A stretch of 32,035 nt of DNA, taken from positions 1-32,035 of the forward strand of contig JYFJ02004460.1 in assembly GCA_000934665.2 (NCBI GenBank), given 5' to 3'. The position numbers were made by a program, and so were the translations under genes. The notes under the pieces were generated by a model that made no database searches, was not told where the DNA came from, and saw only the letters and a list, made by a program, of their open reading frames with translations. The stretch comes from Catajapyx aquilonaris. Lineage: Eukaryota. This document shows positions 1 through 11,900 of this stretch, piece by piece. Within the stretch, counting starts at the first letter, position 1. Each line of letters opens with the position of its first letter.

Positions 1-359
1 TCCCCCCCCCCCCCAATACTGATCAGATTTTAAAGACGTATTCATGTCAAAAGCTGCGGCTTGTGTTCCCGACACAACCTAATGTTATTTTTTTCCTTCC
101 CCCTGTCAGTAATTTTGGTTCGTCTATTGTTTCTCTCCCCTTCTCGTGATTTTTGCACCATCTGCATACCTCGACAAATGTACATAGAGCTTCAAAAAAC
201 AGTTAAAGATGTCTCTGTAACCTTTCCAGTTTTCGAGTACAATGGAGGAGAAAATTCACCCGCTTTTTGCTGGGGGCCCCATTATTTTGTCTAACCCCTG
301 TATATACTGTACATCCACAAATAGACTCACACCAAAATCCCTACAATCATCTTACTCAC

Positions 360-917
360 CCATACACTAATTGAAGTCCCTGAATCAATCAGAAACACAT
401 CCACAGCATCAATGGCAACTCGAACCATCTTGTACTTCAGATCTTCAGCTGTAGGACACAAGAAATCTGGACTGGTGTCCCCACAGTCAACCTGACTGGC
501 ACCATGATGACATTGCCTCTGGAGTTGTGGAGGCCTTAAGCAATTTTCACCATCTATCAGCAGGAAAAGGAAGGTCTCACATCCAGTCACAATATGGTGG
601 AGCTGTGGCAACGTGAGCCGTCCACTCAGTTTCCCCAACTGAAGTTCCACTAGCCAGCCATACTCTAGGGTCTCTTCATCTAAGAGCCTCCCCTCATTGC
701 TGAACATGGCATGTCCTCGCACCTGCAGTCCAGAGAGCATCAAGTGACCCTGGTTTAAGTAGGCTTCTTTGTCCCCTCGTGGATAGTCATCCGTTGAGAT
801 GAGAACTATAGGAGAAAGCAACAGCTGGAGGCGGGTCTCTCTGAAGCTCTTCTGCATCTCAAAGCCTAGCCGTTCCAGAGATAGAGTTGGGCAAGGAGGA
901 TCCTTTTCACCACAATT
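360..917 (-). CDS. BLTP1: BLTP1 coding exon 15 (NCGEKDPPCP...TSISVW)
   Basis: ttttag| acceptor, |gtgagt donor, 558 nt open frame. Confidence 0.93.
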
Positions 918-3900
918 CTAAAATAAAATGCCAAATAAAATGTAACGAAGTTGTATTATAATCTAAGTGACCTACCCTAAGATTAGGCTGATCACAACAC
1001 TCAGAGATGAGTGGTCATATCATGCAAGTCCAATTTGCTTGCGCATTCTAGAATTACTGTACTATTGACCGCAAAAGTAATGTCGCGACTGTTTATGTCC
1101 TTTTGTGTTTATGTGTTGGTAATCCTGGGCACTGCCAGGTTACGGACATGTTGATTTGGCGATGTTCCGGAATCCACAACACTCTGCTCACAGGTCACGG
1201 CCACGGCCACGGTCCCCGCCACGCTCCCGCAGGTGGCCGCACGGTCTTAGTCGCTGTTTGTGAGCAACGGCCGTCGCTGCTTATTCGTGCAACTTATTAA
1301 CCCAAACTAGAAATTTTCTAGATTGAGTAATTCCATGTGAGATCATACAACTATGTTCACCCGACATGTTGTTTAGAAAATCGAAATTTGGCACTTAGGA
1401 TTGTATTTTGTCACGAACCACTATAGGTGACGAGAAATGACGGCGTCAAAAATTGGATCGTTTCCATTCTGATGTTTACAATAACCCGATAATTTCTCTA
1501 ATTATGTGTCCCAAATACGTGCAAAATGGGGCTTAATATTCTACAAGGTAACGCGGAGCCCGCAGATAACCTTCAAAAAATTCTACGATTAAAATTATGT
1601 GTCATTTTGGTAGGTCATATCCCTTCAGTGATGCAAGTTTCATTTTTGCCCTCGTGTTAGGGTCCGAGATATAAAATACAGTAAACAACATGGCCTGATG
1701 CGCCTCTTTTGCCCTTTTGCGCAATATTACGAAGTTGCGTGACCCTTGACGTGACGACCCGCACGGCAGAGTCGAATTTTACGAAAATTTTGTCAGTATT
1801 CTGCTACTCGCAACCTTTCAGTGGCATGTATTTCCATTGTTGTGTTCGTATTAGGTTCCGAGATATAAAATAAATAAGGTGGCCTAGAGCGTCTGGGTCA
1901 TTCTATGATAAGGCGGCCAGGTTGGTGGCTCGGCCATCTCAGAATGACAGAATGTATTGTTGTAAACCCATTATATTATACGTAAGTTATATCAAATGCA
2001 TGGGCGTGAGATGAGGAACATTTTGGATGGAACCGTTTTAACCTAGAGCGTAAAATGGAAATACTTAAAAATTCCCAATCATGAAATGTCCGTTTTTCCA
2101 TCATTTGGTCATTTTTGTTTGTTTTTTTTCCTCTTAGTGACACTGGGCAAATTTTAAATTTACACGTGTTAAAATGAGCGTCATGTCATGCTCGACCTAT
2201 CTATTTAAGAAAGGTTCAGTTGCCCTGAGCGCATCACCAGCAGAAAATCTCTCAATTCAGCACCAAGATGACCGAATGATGGAAATGGATAGAAAGAATG
2301 ACATTTCAGGATTTCTTATTTCCAAGACTGCAAGACTTATGATGATGCCCTTCTCCAGGGGTAATGAGTAGATGATCATGTGTACTCACCATATTAATTT
2401 CATACTCTTAGCATGCGGCTAACAATTTCATTGGACCACCAGAAATGTGCCCTTTTTGCACAACAATGGGAATTTTTTAGTATTTCCATTTTACGCTACA
2501 AAAATACATTCGGAGATGGCCGAGCCACCACTTGGCCGCCTTGTCATAGAATGACCCAGACGCTCCCGGCCACCTTATTTATTTTATATTCTCGGAACCT
2601 AATACGAACACAACAATGGAAATGCATGCCACTGAAAGGTTATGAGTAGCAGATTACTCACCAAAAATTTCATAAAATTCGACTCTGTGCGGGTCGTCAC
2701 GTCAAGGGTCACGCAACTTCGTAATATTGCGCAAAAGGGCAAAAGAGGCGCATCCGGCCTCCTTATATTTACTGTATTTTATATCTCGGACCCTAATACG
2801 GGCAAAAATGAAACTTGCACCACTGAAGGGATATGACCTACCAAAATGACACGTAATTTTAATCGTAGAATTTTTTGGAGGTTATCTGCGGGCTCGGCGT
2901 TACCTTGTAGAATTTAAAGCCCCATTTTGCATGTATGTGAGACGCATAATTAGAGAAATTATCCGGTTATTGTAAACATCAGAATGGAAAGATCCCATTT
3001 TTGAACTCGTCATTTCTCGTGACCTATAGTGGTTATCTGGTTTAAAAAATATGTCCCTGTGACCTTGACAAAATACGATCCTAAGTGCCAAATTTCGATT
3101 TTCTAAAATAAAAATGTCAGGTGAACATAGTTGTATGATCTCACATGGAATTACCCAAACTATAGAAATAAGTTGCACCAATTGCACGAATAAGTAGCGG
3201 CGCTCTCAAACAGCGACCCAGACCGTGCGGCCAAGGGACCGCGGCCGTGACCTGTGAGCAGAGTGTTGTGGATTCCGGAACATCGCCAAATCAACATGTC
3301 CGTAACCTGGCAGCGTCCAGGATTACCAACACAGAAACACAAAAGGACATAAACAGTCGCGACATTACTTTTGCGGTCAATAGTACCTCTTGAGGAGAGG
3401 CTCAATATTCCATGAATTCTATTCAACATTCACATTAACTCCCATGAAAAGCAGCACTAGCCAGCTGGTTGTGTAAAAGTAAAAGTTGAGCACTGGCTCA
3501 ACACTATGATATGACGAAGGAAACTTTGGTAAAAAAAAACACTTCATGATTACAATACCCCATGAAATTGAATATCAAACATTTTTTCATTCTCCTACTA
3601 AGTATTTCTCACAACTTGCCAATATATTATCATGACTGTACAACAGCCATAAACTAAATATGAAAATTGCAGGCTACAAAGAAATTATACATCTTAAAAA
3701 TGACATCCAGACTTTTTATGGGACATTTCAATAAACCAAAATGTATATTATCCTGCACTAAAAGTCATAGTACTCGTATAATAAATATTGGATACACCAT
3801 GACAGGCCTAATAGAGGAACCTTTTTAGGGGATCTTTTCAACGCCAAACATTTCTCATTGACTGCGCTGTGATGGGTTTTGATAGTACCAAGAAATAGGA

Positions 3901-5872
3901 GAATTTTATTTCTTACCTTCTTCAGATGTGCCTGAATGTCATGCATGGTGACAGAGACTGTCACTTCCAGTGGCCTGTATTCACGTTCATCAAATTCTTT
4001 CTTGGAAGAGTCTGTTTCTGCAGTGTTGCTGCTCCTAAAGGAAGCCACTGAACGTGGCTTGGCTTGTTCCATATCTGTGAAGCTCTGGTTCTCTCCAAAT
4101 ACATTTTCCTAGAGTAATATAAATCACTGAAGGAAACTGAAAAATACTTGTTTTAAATGTTTACCTTCAAAAACATGAAATTCCTTAGCAAAGTCCCATA
4201 CATCATGAGCACAGAGGGGCCAATTTCCAAATCAATATGGACTTTATCTGCTGGCAGTGACACAGGATCAAACTTATCGGCCACATTATGCTAAAAATAA
4301 ATGAAAATCAATTAATTGAATAAAATAACATGTGTTTATTGAATCCTATTACACTGCTTTCTTTATTCAAAAGGAAAGAATAAGGCATGGTTGGGGAATA
4401 GGTACAAGGATGAAGCAGGGAAGAGGTTATGTCTCTCAGTGGTGCTTCAGGTTGGCATATTAGTAAAGGGACACTCCACTCAAAATGCAAGTTGGGCTCT
4501 AAAAATCTGGCAAAAAATCCTGATTCTGAGGGTATAAGCAGTTTTACTGAGAGACAAACTGTAAGGCCAGGGCGAGCCATCAAAATTCGGCAATCCGTAT
4601 CTGCCGCAAAACAGCAGCGCCTCCACCGGGACTTGGCAGATATTGGCCTCAGGTCGCACAATCTTTGGTCCACACCATCTTTGGTCCGTGCCACAGCTTC
4701 ATCCAGCCCCTACGACCCGACACCAGATTCGCCTAGTACCCGGTGGCAGTGGCAGACTGGACTGGAGGGGCACCTCACTAGCAGACAATGCAAATTCTGA
4801 GACTCCTGGCTTTTCCGTTCCACGTAAAAAAAAATCACATTGCACCTTCGGAATCAGGATTTTTTCCCGATTTTTAGAGCCCAACTTGCATTTTGAGTGG
4901 TGTGGTCCTTTAAGTCAATTTCGATTATCACAAAGCCTTTCTCCTCTTACCTTACTGTGATGCCGCTTGAATTTCCCCTCTACACAAGGAATTTTAATTG
5001 GAGCCAGTGTTATATCTTCTTTCTCAGGAGTAGTAACATTGGCTTGTGGGGGTGGGCCCAAAGGATGAATGGGATGGTAGACGTAGCTTATGCTCAAAGC
5101 AACAATAGGCACTGACCAACAGTCAACCCAACCATTGCTGCATGGAAAAAAGTCGCTTGTACATGAAAGTCTTCTGATAAGAGTACATATGGAACCTATT
5201 TATCAAACCCATAAAGTTTCACCATGTTATACTGTATATCAGAGAAAATTGAATTGTAAAGTAATATATTGGAACATGAAACATTTTCAGGTGGATTAAA
5301 TGGCCTGTTAACTTTTAGACTGAACTTCAGCCCCTAATGTCAAGTCATTGGCTGATTTCTGATATATAGGAATTTCTTCCAATATTTAGTTATCTATTGT
5401 TATTTAATTTTTCATTTATTTGAAGAACTCCCTATATAAATTGGAAGGGAGGAGCAAGGAACACATGCAGTTATTTTATTCTTGTGGACAACCAATCATG
5501 TTTCTATAGCATATGTTCCATCCATTGGGGAGGCGGAGTGGCGCTGCAGTAACGCATGTGCCCACGGATGGAAGGGTCCCGGGTTAGATTCCCAGCCTGG
5601 GACCTTCATCTCGTGCAGAGTTGGATAATCTCTAACTTCGTCTCGGGTGGAATCTCCGCTAGACTAATCTACCCAGGGGAGTTCACAAAATGTACCCTTA
5701 CAGATATTGTACTTGCACCTTGTACATCGCCTCCCAGTCACCCTGGGACCTGGGACAATGGGATCCTGGGGATTAACAACAAGGTTCTAATATATGTACA
5801 TATTGTATACAAGCCTAAAAGCAAAATAAAGGTCTGTGCAATACCTCCTCAGTTGGGAGGTCCACACTACCC

Positions 5873-5903
<31 letters not shown>

Positions 5904-8900
5904 GTTCCATCCATTCTGACTATTCCTACATTTCAAGTCCCCATAAATGCATAGGGACCAAATTTTGCAGCCCCTAAATATTGATGCAATGATTTCAAAC
6001 TAACAGATCATGAAATCAGCCAGAAACAGTCTACATTCAACAACCCTGACCGGGTCTTTTGCGGATTTGGATACAATTACCCCTTAGTCTTGATGCTTAC
6101 CTGATTTTGCAGACTTTCCTCCATTTCTTCGGGAATTCCACTCTGTCTTTCAAGCTCCCATCTCGATTAAGAATTTTAGCATTCTTTTCCATTGACAAAA
6201 GAATTACACGACTAGTATACACTTCCGGAATGAAAAGCGCGAGATCTAAGCTTTCTCCCTGAAAAGTAATAAATGCATGACATATGAATAAGTCTCCAAA
6301 TTATATTTAAAAATTATACAAGGCATGTCCTAAGTAGACTGGTAAACTTCTTAAGGTAATTCTGCCTCACTCGGGATCATTTTATGGCATCAGTGTGTGG
6401 TAGGCTTTAATCTCTCAGGATATACAGGGTGTTTAACCTGAAATGTACGAGGTGTGATCAAAAAGTTCCCGGATTTTCGGTATACCATGCAAACCAGTGG
6501 AGATACGAACTTGTGACGCTACGGGGAGCTAGGAGCACCTTTCAGCTATTAGTCTGAAAAATATCGTCTTCATACGTGCAGATGTTTCCGAGTTTCAGCA
6601 GTTTTATTGACACCGTGTTCTTGTGCTTCTGCAATTTTTCGAAATGGCTGAAGTTAGGGAGGAAAGGATTTGTATTAAATTTTGCTTCAAGCTCAACAAA
6701 ATTTCGGCTGCAACCCACCGAATGCTGAACAAGGATTTGATGAGTAATATGTAAGACAAGCATTAACATATGAGTGGGTTAACAGCTTCAAAAGTGACGC
6801 GCCAAGTTCGCAGCAAAATCAACCCAATGCTGATCATTTTCTTTGACATTATAGGAATTGTGCATATGGAGTTCCTCCCTCACGGTAAAACTGTCAATGG
6901 CAAGTCTTACTGCGATGGTTTGAGACAATTTAGGCTCAATTGGCCGGAGATATGGAAGAACAGAGACTGCTGGTTGCGGCACCATGACAATGCCACCTGC
7001 ACACACCTCACGCGTAGTCAGGGACTTCCTGACAAAAAACAACATGACCACTGTTTCACACCCTGCATATTCGTTCGTCCTGGCACCACGTGATTTCTAC
7101 CTCTCCCCTAAAATGAAATTTGGGTAGAAAAGGAGGCATTTTGACTCCACTAAAGATCTCTAAGCAAAATCGCAGCAGGTGCTGAACACGCTACTGCTAG
7201 CCAATTTTTTGGGGTGCTTCCAAAAATGGGAAATTCGCTGGGATTGTTGTATACGTGCCCAAGGTAACTACTTTGAAGGTAGCAGTGGAAATTAGGACTT
7301 AAAGTAAATATTAATAGTTTTATGAACACAGTCCGGGAACGTTTTGATCACACCTCGTATGTAGTGGTTCTCAAATTTCTTGTCTTAAGCTGCTTGTTTG
7401 AAGAAGTTTCTTTGGAAGGGCTACTTTTAGATACGTTGTTCAAAGTATTTGCTGCAAAAATAAGTCATTTTGACCTGTCCTTTATAATACTTCCAGGGGG
7501 GCCTACACTGAAAAAATGGCCTCAGTTGGTAATATACAATACCAATTGTACCAATGGCCTATTTCCAAAGGTAAATACATTCAATTCAGATACGGAATGG
7601 ATGATTCAATCTGGCACAATATTAGCATCTAATACTTAATAACTACTCAGAACTTTCATATTAACAGCTCAAAAATAAGCAAATCAATGCAAAAAAATCA
7701 CTGACAACATGTAAAATACATCTCGGAACATCCTGTAAAATACTACATCATGAAAAGCCAACTACGAGGGCCGTACTAAAATTATTTACAATTTATTTTT
7801 TATGCCACAAATACAGTGCCCGTACAGGTCAGCAGATAGTCACATATTATAGATGGAATCCTCCTGGAGCGGAATGCACAAGAGTCATGGGTGTGAAACC
7901 TTTCCGTACCCTACAGGAACCATTTTTTGGAGGTTCGGCGCACCCCCTCCCGGACAACTGCTTACACTCAACAATGTCCTCGAAATGGCATCAGCAAAGG
8001 AGTTTTTTTCGTGGATCTGAACAGGTGAAAGTCACAGGGGGCCAAGCCAGGTGGATGCAGCGGGTATGGGAGCACCCAAATCCAGATCCATGAAAAAAAA
8101 AACTTCGCTGACGCCATTTCGAGGACACTGTTGACAGTTTTTTACGTTGTTGATTGCGCACAGTTGTTGGTCGTGGGTGCATTGCACCTCCAAAAAGTTG
8201 TTCCTGGAGGATCTGGAGAGGTTGACACACCTGTGGTGGTAGTGCATTATGCTCCAGGAGGATTCTATCTATAATGTGTGACTATCTGCCAACCTGTACG
8301 GGCACTGTAATTGTGGCAAAAAAATACATTGTAAATCATTTTAGTACGGCAATCGTATATCTGTAACAATGCAGCATCATTCCAATAACATCATCATCCT
8401 CATCGCGGCTTTTCCCAAAAAACTCGGGTGCCAGCGGATAACGAGGTCCTCACTACCCTCATACATTCCAATAACACTTCTAGATAAAATGATCCTCCAG
8501 TGTAGAAGTCACCTTACAGTTCTACCAAGTTGTTTGTATGGCTTCATGGGTTTTTTCAGCCTTCCTCTCTGCCATCTACCCATCAATTCCTATTCATTTA
8601 TTCTGTGCCACTTTTGTTTATAAAATGAGATGAATAACTATTCATTGTGACACATTTTATCACTTCCAGAATTTGAGGATCGTTAGTAAATGCCACCAAC
8701 AACTATGCCTTCACCACACACCCGCCTCCTGCTCCAAAGTGAAACAGAATAAACTAGATGACACATTCACCACAAAATGAATGTCGCACATATGCTCCTA
8801 CCTGCACAGTTTTCGTTGCTATTTAAAAACTGCACCTGAGTAATACCTTCTTTAAATTTACCAAGAAGAGGTGTCTTAATCAGTCAATATTCCATCAGAA

Positions 8901-11900
8901 CGTGTAAGTAATGCACTATGTTTACCCTAGATTAATAAATATGCAGAGTTGCCAGGCCAGTGTAATTATTTTTTCAAGTAAGGGTTTGCATCACCCCAGT
9001 GCAACTCCTATCCTTTTAAAATAGTGATTCCCGTGACCTTAGAGTTACATATTTTAGAGGAGATAGCCCCTAAGCAAGACCGTAGCATAGCATTTCAACA
9101 AAAACATTCCCTTCAGTGAAAAAGAGGGTAGTAAGACCTCCGTGGAGGAATGAATACTGAAACAAGGCAGGCGCACGTAAGACCTTCACCAATATTGATT
9201 TACGCTGTACCATAGGTGTTACTCGAGCAATTCTGAAGTATTGTGCGGAATGGCCCGTAAAAAGTTGTACCACTACTGCAAATATTACCGTACATGGTTT
9301 GATTTTGAAAAATAACATTTAAAAAACATCAACCCATCTTCCCAAACTCTGATATTTTCTCTCTTGAAAATCTAGAATTCAGCAGAATCTCATCTAAAAA
9401 TACCTTCGAAAATTCACAAATTTATGTCCACATGTGACCAATTAAACATTTACAGTTAAAATCAGTATCTAAGAGAGGCAACAATATATTGTGTATAAAT
9501 GTTTCATGGCCATAAATTCTCACCAATCATTTAAAAATTCAATGTAGCCTATTCAATATTGAGATTCCTAATTTTAGAAAACACACTTATAGCCTCCTGA
9601 GACCTGGTGTCGACATATGTCGACATCAGCAAAAGATTTTTTTGGCGCCAACTAGTAATGGCAACAGAACTGTAATATGTTGGTATGCCATGGTTACAAT
9701 CTGGCCTCAATAGGTGTAGCCACCTAGTGTCGAATATCTGACTTGGGCCGCGAAAATTAAATCGCGGATAAAATGGCGGACTCCGTTGCTGAAGCTAGGC
9801 GCTCATCTGATCAGTTTTATTGTTTTACTCATATTTAGAGTGCGATTTTCGCAATGCAGTGAATGTCCTGGGATTCGGAAGGAATGTGTATTAGGAAATG
9901 AGAAAAGATGTGTCTGTGACAATCTTTGTTTCTGTAGAGAACTGGTAATTTTCTTTTCTTCCGGAGACCAAATGCCCATTTAAATGGACATCCGAAAAAT
10001 GGCATTTTTAGCTGAATGCGTGTGACTTTTCTTTAAGTGCCTGTACCTATACACCCCTAAGGAAGTGTGCTTTGCACTATGCAGTTCAGTTTTAAAATCT
10101 AAAATAGCAAGGTACCATTCTAGCGGGTAAAAAGGGAAAGAGCAAGCCCCATCCCTGGTGTGGAGGCGTTCAAAAATAATTTCACCTATCTTTAATTGTC
10201 TTCTGAGAGGAATTGCTACCACTAATTCCACAAATGAATTTTAAAAACATTGTTTTGAAAATAGAGCACTATGTTAGTGATCCATTAAGTGGTATTTAAA
10301 TTTTCAGCTTTCATCCGCTCTGCTTTTGTAGCACCAATTGGGTCCTAATGTTCTCATTGGTTGTTTGTCACCATTTTTGTCAATATTTTAAAACAATTTT
10401 TTTTTTTTCTCGTTTCTTATTGGGAAAATGTTCAGAAAATGCAATAGGAACTGACATTGCATTAAAAATTCTTCTCAGGTCTCAGGAGGATATGGAGTGG
10501 CTCAATGAACTGCTTCCAGAAAGAATACTAATAAATTAATTTCAGAATTGCTTGAGTAAGACCTACGGCACAGCTTATATCAATTGGTGAAGGTCTTACG
10601 TGCGACTGCCTTGTTTCAGTACTTTCATTTTGCCACAGAGGTCTTACTACCCTTATTTTACTGAAGGAAATGTTTTTGCTCTTAGTGCTCTTAGATTTAG
10701 TGTCGCTCCTTGTCTTGTTGCAGGAACGAGCGGATGGAACTCAAGATCTACGTGATACGAGGGGGAGTTTCCAAACCTGAGTATTGCTAGACAGTGGTTT
10801 GCATATTCACGATTCCCTCTGCAACTGGCAACTGTATTCCACAAACCCATGAAAACCTATGCAAACATAACTTGAGCAAACTAAGGTGAAGTGGGGGAAG
10901 TGCACACCCGGGGTAAGAATGAAAATGGCTGACGACACCAAAACGCGTCAGCTATGTAGCTGCACTGTGCAGCTACATAGCTGACGCGTTTTGGTGTCGT
11001 CAGCCATTTTCATTCCAATATGGCGGCACAATATGTGCACTTACCCCGGGTGTGCACTTCCCCCACTTCACCTTATATAAGATTATTAGTACCGTGAGCG
11101 AGTATATCATGTTTAACTCATTTTTGTGCCCACCTGTATCCAGAAATTCAGAGGCAAGGTTGGTGGAAGGAATTCCACAAATGGAAGGTCAAATGACATG
11201 TCAAATTGGTCGCCACAAACAGCAACATGAGCTGAAATAGTAAATACACCATTACCACTTGTTATAAGTGAATTTCAAATACGTACCATTTTCTTGATGT
11301 TGTGATGAACAATCAATCCAGTTGAACTCATTGGTAACAGTGACAATCTCAAATTCTTTGAGTAGAAGGTTTAATTTCCAAGTATAGGGAACAAAGTGAA
11401 GGATATCAGGTTTGTTCCGACAGGACCAGTCATTGACCATAGCTGTAAGTTTCCAAACAAATTTAACATTATCACCCAGATGTTAAATGTGCCATTTTCT
11501 CAGTAAACATTGTTGTTACTCTCTGAGGGAAAACGAGTGGTGTTTTCTTTTGACACCAAGTCTGCCACCCTCACAACTCCACCACCCTTGATTAAGATCT
11601 GACCTACAGGATCACACTTATGTTTACTTCGCTAAAGCAGACAGGCAGGGTTGTGTGTGTGGCAGAGACTCAGTATTTTCCCATTTTCAGAAACTGGAAC
11701 TCACATTGTCACTTTTTTCCTTACATAATTATGATATAGCCCATTCTCTCATTGACATTCTATGCCAATTGTTGCAATGGGTCATTCTTAATCAGACATT
11801 AAGGGCACACGATACCTATGATTTTTCCGACTTGCGCCGGCCAAGTCCCGGGTGCAGCGTTCTCTTTGCACCACCGTTGCAGGCGTCTCGCTGGAGGTAT

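Noticed and set aside
1103..3429. Paired ORFs with the same peptide on opposite strands (also at 14545/16098, 17271/17440 and 11655/12680)
   Set aside because: They are artefacts of the inverted arms, not duplicated genes.
5556..5954. 132-aa ORF with a poly-His tract
   Set aside because: It is the SINE body plus its (CAT)n tail.
6770..7093. Functional transposase ORF
   Set aside because: It is frameshifted and internally deleted, with no intact DD34D triad, so it was kept only as a remnant.
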